The notes under the pieces are model-generated. The model had not been told where the DNA came from, did no database searches, and saw nothing but the letters and a program-made list of their open reading frames with translations. A DNA stretch of 64,000 nucleotides from Vicugna vicugna (Eukaryota): assembly GCA_013265495.1 (NCBI GenBank), contig MU058065.1, forward strand, positions 9,899,720 through 9,963,719, read 5' to 3'. Of the stretch, positions 36,653-50,035 are shown one piece after another (positions within the stretch are counted from its first letter, which is position 1; each line of letters opens with the position of its first letter). The position numbers and the translations under genes are program-made.

Positions 36653-36914
36653 AGAGATGCTCAAATTACCTCTCGCTGAACTATCCCTGCACTGGTGGTT
36701 TCATCTGGGAAATGGTGACCAAAATTCCTTTATATTGACCTTGTTCTGGCCCAATTCAGGTCTTTGCAGTGGATGTGCCCGCGGGACCCAGTTTTCTTCC
36801 TAACTCACTGTAATGTCTCCTGGACCTCTTACAATATTCCTAACCTGTATTATACTATTTCTGAAAACGTGGTGAATATGATGTTCAAACCCATAGTTAT
36901 TCAGTGTCATTTAT

Positions 36915-38010
36915 TTGGTCAAAAATTTCACTAAAATCTACATTCAGTGAGGTGCTCAGATCTTAGGCATATCTTTCAATCAACTTTGAGGAATGGATAC
37001 CAAGAGAAAGACAACTCCATCATCCCCGAGTGCTCCCTCACGCCCCTTCCCAGCCGTTTCCCTGCCACCAGTCTGTCTCTACACACAGGCAGATCAGCAA
37101 CCTGATCTCTGTCACCACAGACAAACTATTCTAGAACATCACATCAGTGGAAGCATACAATACCACAATTACTGTGTTCAGCTTCTTTCATTTGGCATCA
37201 TAGGTTTTAAGATTAATTCGGGCAGTTGCCTGTATCAGTAGTTTGTTTCTTTTTATTGCTTGTTATTCAATTGAGTGAATATATCATAGCTTATTTATCC
37301 ATGTTCTTGTTGAAGGACGTCCGGTTGTTTCCAGTTACTGGCTGGAAACAATAACTGAGTATCTACGAATAAAGCAGTTGTAAATATTCTTGTAAAAGAC
37401 ATCTTTGTGCACACGTCTTTCTCCTGGACAAATACCTAGCAGTGGGATTCTGATGCCACACCAGCTTTGTTTTGCTTTTTGTTTCTATCTTTTTAACTTT
37501 CAACCTGTTTGTTAACTTACGTCTAAAGTGTGCTTCTTGTAAACAATACATAGTTGGATCTTGCTTTTTTATTTAGTATGAATATGTCATAATTTAATCA
37601 GGGTATTTAGTCCATTTATTTTAATGTAATTAATTGATATGTTTGGTTTCAAATTTACCAACTTGGTGTTTGATTCATATTTGGCCAATCTTCTTGTTTT
37701 CCTCTGTTCCCTTTATTGTCTTTTTTTTTCTTTAGGTGAATCAGATTCTACTATATGTATTTCATCTTATCTCTTCTAATAATTTTTTTTGGTTATACTT
37801 TTTGGGTTATTATTTTGGTGGCTGCTTTAAGGATTAGAATATACAACTTTAAATGATACTAATCCATGCTTCATGAGCAATTTTAAAAACTGTATAACAA
37901 TATATTTTTAATTATGATAGTCCACTCTTTGCATTCTTACTGTCATATGTCATACTTCTACCTATGCTATAAAACTAATGTTCCTTTTAAAAAATCAGTT
38001 TTACTTTAAA
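36915..38010 (-). mobile_element. Old L1 (L1MB/L1ME-type) antisense fragments
   Basis: CAACCTGATCTCTGTCACC...TTGTTTCTTTTTATTGCT...TTGTTTCCAG...AAATACCTAGCAGTGGGATT; then TCTTGTAAACAATACATAGTTGGATCTTGCTTTTTTATTTAG (antisense ORF2). Confidence 0.75.
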
Positions 38011-38174
38011 CAGCCATCCTACTCTGATTTCAAAGACAAAAAGCCAGAGATGTCAGTACTAAAGGAGACTCCTGTCTGTCATCATTAAATGATTATTTGA
38101 CTTCTGACCGGCATCTGCTCTAAGTTTTCAAGACTTATCTGTAGTCTCACATTCTCCATCAAAGGCACTACTGG

Positions 38175-38540
38175 CATAGGACACTTATAGTAGATTGAAT
38201 TATTTTCTCAGTAAAAGGATTATGTGTTCTGCTCCACAGCCAAATGACTTGAAGTTCCATGACATCGCTGATGGACTTCTGACTTGCTTTTGCCATTGAA
38301 ATGTCAGTGAAAGTAAGAAGCTATATAAAAGCCAACATGTAGATTTCTACATTCTTGTTCATTCCCTTTGCATAAAAAGGACACAGTCCAGAATAGGAGC
38401 TATTTCTTCAACCAATCCCAGAATGAGAAGATAGACTGACCACAGCCATGGGAGCAGGAATTATGTCACTGATGCTGCAAACTCTGAGGTTTTGAGGTCA
38501 CTTGCAATTATAGCTTTACCTAGTGAAAGATGGCTAATAA
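38175..38540 (+). mobile_element. Old MaLR LTR (MLT1H/I/J-like)
   Basis: GACTTGCTTTTGCCATTGAAATGTCAGTGAAAGT...TCCCAGAATGAGAAGA...CTGAGGTTTTGAGGTCACTTG...GGCTAATA. Confidence 0.55.
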
Positions 38541-40569
38541 AATATGAATTAATGTTATTAATAAATTCTAAAGAAACATTTTCACATCATTCTCCAGACC
38601 TCAGATTTTGGTAGCATTACTTATCTACACAACCCTAGATCCATTTTTAATTTTCTCCAAATCTACCTTCATACTTTTTACTATTTCTTTTCTATACCAG
38701 TGTATATTCTACAATAGTTAAAGCATGTTTCTTCTACTACATTTTCATTTTTTCCCAACATAACTCAGTCTATGCTTGGTTCCCATTTTCTTCATGTGGC
38801 TTTAGCACATGGCTTTGGCAGATATATTAACTGGCCCATTTAAATTAGGCACAGTGTACACATTAAACATAGTATAAATATGCATAAATAGAAACCTCCA
38901 TGTGCATCAAGTCTGAAATAAAGGAGGTGGTCCCTGAAACAATCCGATTGTATCAATAGAAAAAAATGAGGCATCTAAGCTTAATTAGGATTCTTGGATA
39001 CTGGTTCTATATTCATTTAAATTATTACAAAGTTGAAAAAAATTTACACAAATTTTATACAGACCTTAATCTGAAGTTTTCAGAGTTTAGAGTGTATTTT
39101 TTCCTTTGTATTTTAAAGTCAATATCATTCTAGTAGTTGGTGTTTTTTGTTTTTGTTTTTTAAATCGGTAAGATGACAGAGTAATTCTAGGTAGGCATGT
39201 ATTATTTTTTCTGCTTTATTTACATAGATAAAGAATTTGTCGGTGATATCATTCAGCCCATCTGCTGTAACTAGAATTACTTTGATTATCAAATTATAAA
39301 CAGCAATTTTTCTTTCTGAATATTTTGCATAAATTCCTATCTCATTATCACTAAAAACTGGACTTTGAGTTTATCGTCCAATGATGGAAACATTTCACTT
39401 AAAGAACAGAAAGAAAATTTTAAATCAAAACTCTCCATTCTGTTCTTTAATTGGTACAACTTGTCTGTTGCGCCTTTGTATGCCACATTTACGTCTCACA
39501 TGCCTCTCCCACACGTAAGTTGAATTTAAATGATGGAAGCTGCTGACAGCTCCTAGAGGCTCAGACAAGTCTAAGCTGCTGTTTTTGAGCCATGGTCTTG
39601 TATTCTTCTACCAACATTTCCCTAGAAACCTGGATACGACTTAAAAGGAAAATAAGAATAAGAAATCCTTTCTCTTTATTGATATTGTAATGTGAGAATA
39701 TTTGTCATATGAATAATAATTACACTGTTGCATCATATTATTGAAATACTAATACAAGAGAAGTAGCATTCTGGTCTGCTGTTTACAAAACTAACACAGA
39801 TTAATTCTGTATGTGTATCAGTGCCATAATGCAGTAAGATGTGTTCATTATCTTGGTTTCTTTTTAATTAAAAGAAGTACAAATCCACCAATAATTTTAA
39901 GTTTTTAAATGATTTAAATGCTAAAAAAAAAAAACTAAAGAAAGGGTGAAATTATACTTATGCATAATGGTTTAAAATTCTAAAGACCTCTTGAAAAGTC
40001 TAGGAACCAAGTTCATGACTGAACAAATGAAATTTTATATTAAATACTCAAAAGAAGAGATCATTACAGAAAATTTAATTTTTCATAATTAGGCTAGTTT
40101 GCTAGAGCTTGACAAAGCTTCTTTAGAAATCACATATAATTTATCATCTGCACAACTAAAAATAATTTAAGAGATTAATACAATGCTATTGTGTTGAGGC
40201 ACAATTCTATTGTCATCATTTAAGTCTGATTTCACTCAGTCCCATCTGAATTAGAACTGAAGATAGTTGATTAATAAAAGAAAAAAGAGACTGAAGTAAG
40301 GAAAGAAGAAATGAAAGAAGGAAGGATAGAAAGAAAGAAGAAACAAATCTTATTCACCTTGATATCACGTGTGGCAGAATTCATCAGAGCAAGTTACTAT
40401 GTCAAATTTCATGAAACTCTATTGTATTAATCATATGATAATTATAGGCAAAAATACTTGTATTAGTCTCAGTATAATTAATTTGTATTATTTTATGTAA
40501 TTCACATAAATAATTAAAAATTTTTCCTCATTAAATGCTTAAAAGGTGAGAAATCTATTTTTTATTGGT

Positions 40570-41140
40570 AAATGATGAACATTGACTTGGGCTGCATGAG
40601 CTCCTGCCAAACAAGATGGGTACCAAGTTCCAATTAGAGGAACTAAGAAAAGATTAAGAGTTAGTAAATGGAAATAGTAAATGTAGGTGATATCTTTGCA
40701 CAGATTTGCTGATGAGGAGAACAGAGAATGAGGCATTAATTGGAAAAGGATGTAGGGTGAGGAAACGGGTTTTTATGGAAGGATGAAGGTGAGGCATGAA
40801 GGTAATACTGAGAGAAATGATGGAGCAGAAAGGAACAAATTTATGCAGGAGAGAAAGGGGATAATCACAGAAGCAATGTTCTTGAGAAGGGATGAGCTTA
40901 CACACAGGGGTAGCAGTTGGTCTTAGCGGTACAAACATGTCTTCTACTCTAGGAGGGCTGTTGGAGTATGTGGGTACAGATGCAGAAAGGAGGTGACACT
41001 GGAAAGGGAAGGATGAAATAGATCTCCCCTGGTTGTATTTATTGCCTGTACCAAACTTGTACTGAAAAGAAAGGTCACCAGTTGTGAGGATGTGATGAGA
41101 GGAGAGAAGGTGTAAAATAACACAGGACAGTGAACGTGAT
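40570..41140 (-). mobile_element. L2 fragment (antisense)
   Basis: Purine-rich antisense L2 phrases such as GAGGAGAACAGAGAATGAGGCA...GGATGTAGGGTGAGGAAACGGGTTTT. Confidence 0.5.
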
Positions 41141-41360
41141 GAAGAAAGACCAACATTGTTCTAAGTTTTTTTTTTAACACTAATTTGTTGCTTTCCAACT
41201 TTGTATTTAATTCTTACTGTTAGCAAATCTCTGGTGAATAAAGATATAGCTTTATTAACTTGTACCTCGGCATGTCATTAGTACATGACTTTTGGTGTTG
41301 ATAACTTAAATTTTGTGAGAGTTTCATTTGAATCACCAAATAAAGACTAAATTTTTCCAC

Positions 41361-41499
41361 CAATATCTTGCAGTAACCTATAATGAAAAAGAATATGCTA
41401 AGGAATATATGTATGCATATGTATGACTAAAACATTATGCTGTACACCAGAAATTGACACAACATTGTAAACTGACTACACTTCAATTAAAAAAAAAAA
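41361..41499 (+). mobile_element. Young L1 3' end with poly(A) and TSD
   Basis: CAATATCTTGCAGTAACCTATAATGAAAAAGAATATG...CTGTACACCAGAAATTGACACAACATTGTAAACTGACTACACTTCAATTAAAAAAAAAAA. TSD AAAGACTAAATT at 41342-41353 and 41497-41508. Confidence 0.9.
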
Positions 41500-41789
41500 G
41501 ACTAAATTGCCAATAGAGTCAACTCTAACCTACTTAATGTTTGTTTTGGTAGCTGGGCTTTGCAATCTGGTGACAACTTACATGTCATATCTCTCCTATT
41601 TTCCCATTTCACCACCACAGTTCTAGTTCAGATCCTCAGCCTACTTGCTTAGGCTTCTAACTCCCTGATCTCTGCACTTGCAAACTTGCCTCTCTGAAAT
41701 AGGTCTCCCATGTATCTCATTAAAATGCAAATCGGATCATGCCATTTAAAATTGAAAATAACATGCAGTAATCTAAAGGCAGTTATGTG

Positions 41790-41940
41790 TTCAGGCCTAA
41801 TGCTAGGAGCGCTGGATTTGAGTTGCCCAGATCTTTCTTGATCCCCAGATTTCCTATTTGTAAAATGAGATGCTCGCCCTGCTTAGCTCACAGGCTGTGG
41901 TGAAGATTAAACAGGAAGATGTGTGAAAGTGCTTTGTACT
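41790..41940 (+). mobile_element. MIR SINE fragment
   Basis: CAGATTTCCTATTTGTAAAATGAGA...CTCACAGGCTGTGGTGAAGATTAAACAGGAAGATGTGTGAAAGTGCTTTG. Confidence 0.7.
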
Positions 41941-44734
41941 CTCTCAACTGCTCCTCCACCCTAAGGTGTTCACACTAAGAAAGTGTTAAAATTGAAGTAA
42001 AGTCATTATTTTATTCCAAGGAAGAAGGGTCTTTGAAGGAAGTCCAAGGCTGAGCATCACACATGTGAATTTTTGGCCCTTGAGGGTGGCCTTATAATGA
42101 TATTGAAGTTGATGTCTTGGAGGCAGCAGGGAATAAGAATCACAAAACATAACAAAATGAGAAATAAAAATGTTGAGAAACTTAGAGAGGAAGTCTTGCA
42201 CCAAAACATCCTCACTTAGTTTCTTACATTAAGGGGTAGAAGGATTGAGGGAGGAGCAGGTAAGAAGTGGATGAGAAATCTTCACTAGACAGCCTCAGAA
42301 ATTGTCCACAGAGCTCTAGGCTCTGTGCTCTAGTACAGTGGTCTTGGAACAAAGAAAGTATGAAAGTGATAACTTCTATTCTTATTGATGAAGACAAGAA
42401 TAAAATAAGAACTCAATCTTTCTTTTTTTCTATTTGTCTGCTATGGGCATTGGTTTTCACTATAAACCTGAGAAACACGCCAAATCTAAAGGAGACTGAA
42501 AAATATAATTTATAAAGCTCAAAACTTGTTTAAATGTATAACTTATGGATATAAGTAGGCCAATGAAATAAAAGAGCAGCAGTAATAATGAAGCTGATTT
42601 TAAGAGGTCAGGGCATTTTATAGACTTGGTAGTTGTAGCAATAATTTTTCTGAATTGTCTATAATATTTCCAACCTATTTTTGCTATTGAAGGTCCAGTC
42701 CCTAATTTCTGGAATCACGATAACCAAGATACTTGGAAGAGAGTCAGGGCTGGAATTCAGTGTTTGTGATTAGTTTCCGTCTTGTGTTAGATATGACCAC
42801 ACTCCTGGTCCACCCCAGCCTGTGCTGTATTGAGAGATCCTGTTTATCTCTACAAGTTCCCTGTGCCTATTGGCTCCAGTTGATGGAGTTTGGTTACTTT
42901 TGTGATTCCCTTTTCCAGTTACAGTTGCCTCTCTAACTCTGGTTTCATCCCTAACTTATTGCCTATACCCTCGTACCTTTGAAGAGTTTTCTTGTGATGC
43001 TGCATCTTGGAATCGGCCCTCACTAGCACCAAGTAAGGCTGGCCCCACTATCCTCGACTTCACTCCCTCCCAGAACAAGAGCTTTCACCGACATTATTTC
43101 AAGTCAACATAAACAAAGGGACGCAAGATGAAAAAGAAAAAATGTATACTCAAAAGTAAGAATTAAAAAGTCCAAGTTATCCAACCTGAAGTGTAAAAGA
43201 AGACATGAACATCTTCCACAAAATGGAAAAAGAAGAAAGAAAACACAAAACCAAACCAAACCCACAAAATGGTCTAAGGAAGCTGAAGAGCTGGAATAGG
43301 TTGGAAAGTGACTTCAAGCTAATCAATATGTCTACTTACAGAACCGTTAGCTCAGGCTAAAACTGGAAAGAGGAAATAATAAATAATTGTGGAAAGGACA
43401 TCTAGATTTCTAAAAGTTGCATGAGATTTTAGAGAAATTTTTGTCACCATTAGATTGCCAAGGATGTTGAGAGATAAATGGAAAGAGATAAATTTTTAAA
43501 ATTTAACAGTGTTCTATTTGCAATTTCATAATGAGACCAATTTTCTGAACTTTAGGTTTTTAAACTCAAATCATTTTCATTTATAGCTTCATCAAGATTC
43601 ATGGACCTTTCATTTTTAAACACCTTACATCTGAATTATAAGATAATTGGAACTAAATTAATTTCCTTGTTTTTATAGATTTTGGGGAAAAAAAAACCTT
43701 CAAGTTTTGAGGAAAGTTGCTGGTCAGCCTAAACCATAAAGATTTATGTTTCACGAGGACTGTAGCTTCTTACTTCTGCTTAGTGTTTGTTTTAAAAATT
43801 AGAATATTGAAGGACATATAAACTAAAATTCCCAGGCACAGAAATATGATTTAATGTTGTGAATAAGTAAAAACATATTGATGAATGTAATAAAACTAAG
43901 AATGAAACATTTTAAAAGATCAAGACATTTGTATTATTATAACCTTATGGGTTTCATTTAAGGAATTACTAACAAAATAAAAAAAATTATATTTTTGTAA
44001 AGCTTTGCTGTTGTTTGTTTAATTTAGTCAATGAAGTATTTCTCATGACTACGAAATATTGGTCAATATACAAACTTGAATGATACTTTAAAAACACAAA
44101 TCTTGGTTATGTTTAGTTCAAAATTTCCCTATTACCTTCAGGATAAAAATCCACAATCTTTATCATTGTAATCAAAGTCTTTCATGATTTGCCCCAACCT
44201 ACCACCTCACCTTCATCTCTGGCACCCCTGGCATGGTCTTTATGGTGACAGCTACTTGTCACTTTGCTGATGTGACATGCTGTTTCCACTGCCTATAATG
44301 GCATGTCCATGGCTAATTCTGATTCTAACTTGAAGATTTAGCTGTAACATCACACCATTCAGGAAAGATATTTCATGTTCCACGTTTGTCCTTCATCCCT
44401 GGGCTCTGTTGGGCTCTTGATTTGTGACCCCACACAGTCTTAGAACTCATCACATTGTAGAGGTTATCTAGAGGTTGCCTGATTCTTCTGTTGTCCTGGG
44501 AATTCTTCAAAGACAACACATATGTCCCATTTGCTTTTATGTCCATTCTTAGCACAGAGCTTGGGAGATGATGGAAAGCAGTGGTCGGAGAGGGGAGTTT
44601 TAGAATTCCAGATCTTTGCGTTGTAGCAGTTAGGTAGTAACAAGGTATGACCACATTTCCAGGCAGCTAAACTGAGGTTGAGGAGCTGCAGAGCCATGGG
44701 GCCAGTGTTGAGAAGACACGTCGGGTACACCCTT

Positions 44735-45225
44735 GGTAGTTATTAATGTCATGCATTAAAATGTCCAGGCTCAGGGCTGGATTGCATTTCCTGGATGCCC
44801 TGTGGTCGAACAGGCCATGTAACTAGTTCTGGCTAATGAGTTGCTGAGTGGAAGTGACACGAGTCAGTTCAGGCTAGAGGATTTAATTGCTGGTTGGAGA
44901 CCTCTTACTATTGAAGAGTGCCTGAGATGGCAGGAAAGGAGGCCAAAAAAGGAGGCTATCACAGGAGTAGAGTAAACAGTGGACAGATGTGGCATGGATG
45001 GATTGACGGCGGGTATAAAGTCAGTGTTCAAGACAGCTGCTCCATCTGTCCAGGCCCCTGAGTGACAGCAGGGGGCAGTGCCAGCTGCCCTCACTTAGCA
45101 TCTCACCCAGCCAACCTGCAGTGAACATGTAGTGAGAATGATAAATCAATCCTGATTCTTTGACATCACTATGTTTTGGGGATATTTGTTACTACTGCAT
45201 AATCTTGCATAAACTGGCATAACCA
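44735..45225 (+). mobile_element. Old MaLR LTR (MLT1I/J-like)
   Basis: GGCCATGTAACTAGTTCTGGCTAATGAG...GTGGAAGTGAC...TTTTGGGGATATTTGTTACTACTGCATAA. Confidence 0.7.
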
Positions 45226-48019
45226 GAATATGTCAGAGATAAGGTTAAGAGGCATGGATGCAATTTCTTCTACTGTGTTGATGGAGCTCACCTGCAACTC
45301 CCAAGTACCCAACTGCTGATGGTTACCCTGGAAGAGAGTATATGGACTCAAGCCAAGTGCTGAATCATTGCGAAAATGGCAGGAACGGGGAGTTCAACAG
45401 CTTAAAATATGGGAAAAAGCGGTCTAAGCAAATAGCATGAGTTTTGAATAATAAGCAGTTTATTCAGTGTGGAAATGACAGTATGAAGCCAGAAATGTAT
45501 GGCCTGATATGGGAAAACAGAGTAGCAATAAATAAAGTTTGGAGAGATGTCATGCTGCCACAGGGGAGAAGACGAGAGAACACTGCTGAAACACTGTAGA
45601 CAATTTAACCTGACTCTTCCACTAGAGCGAATATTGACAGTAACTATCAGAAAAAGTGCAAGAATATACTATTCTTATATCCTTAAATAGGCCTAATTTT
45701 ACTTTCTCAGAGCATACAGGAACTATTTCCTGATAATTACTGGTATTTTAAAAACTATGTTCACGTGCATGCTTTTAATGCCTTAAAGCCTTTGACATGA
45801 AGGTCAGACTGCGGCTGATTCGGTGTATCTCCAGGTGGAAGAACATTTTTTTCTTCCTATCTCAAAACACATTCTGCTTCCTGCCCAAATTCATACCCAC
45901 ACGACATCCTGTACTCTTGCTTTCATTTTCCCCAATGCCGCTTAGATATCTTCATGCATATTCGTATTTTTAGATCAGATAAAATGAATAGATGGTTCTT
46001 CCCCTGAAAAATATGTAGTGTGAGTCAAAGAAAATGTTAATGAAATGAAATACTTAAAACCTTGTGAGATATTGATATGTAGCAACTAATTTTTTTGTCT
46101 CTGTACACAATGGCTTTTGCTTTGTGTATCTGCAGCACTGCCTCGTGGAATTATGTAGCTCCAAGTATTGGTATTGACAGGATTTTCAGATGGAAGAGAA
46201 GAGGAGTGGGGAAGCAATCTACTAAACACCATCTCTTTCAAAATACTGCTAAGTATGGAGGTAGAACAGAGGGACTAATCTTATCTTTACTGCGTTATAA
46301 TCATTTTTAAGAAAAACCACCTCCGTATGGAAATACTTTCCACCGACACAAGTACAGGTATCAAAATGAAGGGGACTTTTCCCGGGTTGTTAAATTCCTT
46401 CGGAAACATGGGCTGACTTTCATGATAACGGTGTCATTCCTCCTCGACTCCCACACGGCTTGACAAGCAGGTCACAGAGAAAGGTTGTTAACTACATTCC
46501 TTTGCCTAAAAAGGGATTTCAAAAAAACATGCACTTTAGCTTTGCTCTTAAGAGGGTCAGACGACTGAGACAGTGATTTGTTTGCGTACAGATGGGCTAG
46601 TGCAAAGGAATGGAACAAATATTCAGGTGGAGAGTTTCTAAATGGGAAGATGTGTTCTAAAGACAGCGTCTGTCATACACCTGGCAGAGTCACAGGGCAA
46701 GGTGAAGGTACTGTAAACAATGAAGTCTCCTTAGTGAAAACTGCTGCATATTCAGCGAGATCTGTGGGTGGGACAGAACAGCCAAGAGAGTCACTTGTAT
46801 AGTATATGCTTTTAAAAGCAAGTCTCACATCTGTTTTATTGTAACTGGGAAGGATTTCAAATATTTTTTTTTAAAGACAAATAACTTGGATTTAACTCCT
46901 ACTAACAAGCCCAAGACTATATATGATCAGCAACTACATTAGATTAGAAATAAAATTCAATTTAAGAACTTCAATGAAATGAAGCCAGGTGCATTCTTGG
47001 TGCATAGAAAGGTACATTAAAGAAACTTACTAGTTTGTTTAGTACATCTTTTAAATGCCACAGTATCTGTAACTATGATTACTCCAGAGATCAAATTAAG
47101 AACATTCCTCATTTGTTTATTTGTCTCTAAGGAAAATACAAGAAAACAAATGCTAATCAAAAGATTAATGGACTTCTCAATGTATATAATACATTAGCCA
47201 CTCCTTCAGCCTTTGAGAAAAGAAATAAAAAAATAAAATAAAAACAAGGTATTGTCTAACATTCTCGGTAAATATGGTGCAGTGTTCAGGTCCTAGTTCG
47301 CATGAATTTGATTTATGTCTGTAAAGCTTTTCGGAATATTCCTATAGCTATCCAGATAGAAACATCATACGTAAAAGTGTTCTTTATTCCAGAACAGACG
47401 AAACGCCCAGTGTTAAAAGAAGGTTTAGGTATCTCTGAAGGTTTCTTATCACCCGGCAACATAACTTTCTGATGGTTCAGTGCCTGAAAGGGTCGTCTGA
47501 GATCATTCATCAGATAAATCAAATAGTTGGCTGGCGAAAGGAGAGGAAGCCTATGGTAAACTCGTGTCTTTGCTTCCAGACATCACATCTTTCTTCTAAT
47601 AACCCAGCAGAGAAGTTAATGTGTCACTCGGTGTGGCACATCTAAACTGGAGTATCTGCCTGTTTTCGGTTTCTGCTACTAGTTCTGTGAAGGTTTAACT
47701 CGCCAAAGCAATGATTATATTCAGTTTTAACATTTTAAACCACAAATTCCAAAACCTTGAAATGCTGAGGAAAAGGTGCTGGCAAGAAGGCTGGACATGT
47801 GCTGAGTTTTGTCTCTAAACTTCTTTGAGGAATTTTATTGCAGCATAGAAAATCCACTGTTCTGAGTTGATCTTTAAATATTCCGTAAATATTGCTGCTA
47901 TCATGATGAAATTAGATTTATTTTATATATTTTGGGATTTGACTAAAAGCAGTGTTTTACATTTTGGCTGTAAAAGAAAAAAACAAATCTTTTAAAAATT
48001 AGAAATCAAATGGGCTAGA

Positions 48020-48232
48020 CCTGCATTGTCCAGTATGGGAGCCTGTAGCCACTTGTAGCTCTTTAAATTTGCATTAACTAAAACTAAATAACATTTTAAA
48101 AATCCGGCTTCTCAGTTGCACTAATAACATTTCAAGGAATTCATAGCAACACATGGCTCGTTTTTACTGTACTGCACAGGGTGGATACAGAACATTTTCC
48201 TCAGCAAGGACAGTTCTACTGGATAGGCTGTT
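48020..48232 (-). mobile_element. MER3 hAT-Charlie element
   Basis: TGTCCAGTATGGGAGCCTGTAGCCACTTGTAGCT...ATACAGAACATTTTCCTCAGCAAGGACAGTTCTACTGGATAGGCTG matches reverse-complemented MER3. Confidence 0.8.
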
Positions 48233-49692
48233 CTAGAAAGATGTAACTCAAGTATGGCAAATAATAGCATTCATGAGTCAGTCTTCCCAGCTCAGTACTT
48301 CCGTTTTAGTCTTTCAACATATATGGAATAAGAGATGGCATGACCCTCATTTACCTCCTCCGATGAAATGGAGAGAACCTCGTACCATGATATCTGCTTG
48401 TGTGCTATGACTAAGTGGGTCACTTTTGTATATAAGTCCCTTGATTATAAATAAGCATAACAGCAATCCTTAATTAATAAAATGTTGTGTTCTTACTCTA
48501 TCTCAAGTGCTCAAAACAGAGCTGTATTGTAATTTAGTTTCTAAGCCTCCTGATAATGAGCACGACCAGGATTACTGTGGCTTGAATTCAACAGAATAGA
48601 TGAACAGAACTAAGCATAATAGAGTGAATGTGGCTTGAATGAATATTTTTGTTCTTCTGTCCAAAGCTCTGGCTACCAATTATATTTATAGTTTGGGTTA
48701 GCATGCTTAGCTCTGCACTGAGATTAGTTACTGTGCCCAGAAAATAGCGCCAACATACACATCCTGCTTAGCATATATCCTTTCAAATGTTTCCCTTTCA
48801 TAGGGACCTAATTCTTCCACATAGAAACTTAACCATGTGACTTAAACCAAGACAGCATAAGAGCCTTGAGCAGTCCGTTATTTGTAATGGAACAGACTTG
48901 ATTTTGGGTGGCTAAAAATTGGCTACTGAAGATCTATCTTCCCAACTGACAGCGGCAGGCCGCTCATTATCAGCAGTTTGAGGAGGGAGATTAAAGCAAA
49001 CTGAAGGCATATAGACATTTAATTCCATGTCCACATCTAAAAGCAGTGAGAAGCTGGGGGTCTGCCATTACCTTGATATTTTGGAAATAAATGGGTATCT
49101 GAATAAATAGGAGCCTTCCGTCGCTGCAGCTGTCATGAACATATTTCATCCTAATTGCAAAATATTTATTTTAAACACCAAAATATATACCGAGGGAGCT
49201 AACCACAGCTGCTGAAAAGGAGATTTCAATTGCTAACATCTTCAGATTAATTCAAAGAGTGCGGGAGGTATTAAGGACACCATTTTATTCTTTATACTTT
49301 TGGCTTTGTGCTTTGTACCTGAGGAAGGAAGGAAAGATGGAAGGAACTTCCATTTGTGGGCAAGATCTTTTTGACTCAGTTGTTCCTCTGTGGGCAAGAT
49401 CTTTCTGACTCATTGGCTGATCTCTTTTGCTCTGTGCCCTGGTACCCATGTAATAATGGGCGCATAGTAAGGCACTGAAGAAATATTTGCTGAATAAAAA
49501 AAAGAATAGATTCTGGCAGAGACAAGAAAAAGGGTCATTTTTAAACTTAATATTTATGTGTATGTTTATAGTTATAACATTTCTTTATTCAAATAGACAT
49601 ATTGCATCCTTCCAAGGATGTCTCCCTTTCCCATCATCAGCAGAGGTCTTAGATTAGCCAATCGTACTTTCCATATTTGGGAGTTTGCACCA

Positions 49693-49944
49693 CCACAACA
49701 GTATCTTCTTCACACTTTTATTTAAAAATATAACAACACGAAGAAATCAAGATAAAACCAGATACTGAATTTTTAATTCAAGGATATGGACCAACTTCTC
49801 TAGAATCTTCCTTCATGACCCCACAACAGTATCTTCTTCACACTTTTATTTAAAAATATAACAACACGAAGAAATCAAGATAAAACCAGATACTGAATTT
49901 TTAATTCAAGGATATGGACCAACTTCTCTAGAATCTTCCTTCAT
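49693..49944. repeat. Perfect 124-bp tandem duplication with a 4-nt junction (GACC)
   Basis: 49693-49816 is identical to 49821-49944 (CCACAACAGTATC...GAATCTTCCTTCAT). Confidence 0.97.
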
Positions 49945-50035
49945 TCTACCAGCATTTACTGAACACACTCAACCTGGTAATAACAGGGCTCAGTATGAGC
50001 CAGATAAAATCCCTGTCATCGTGGAGGTGGGAGTA

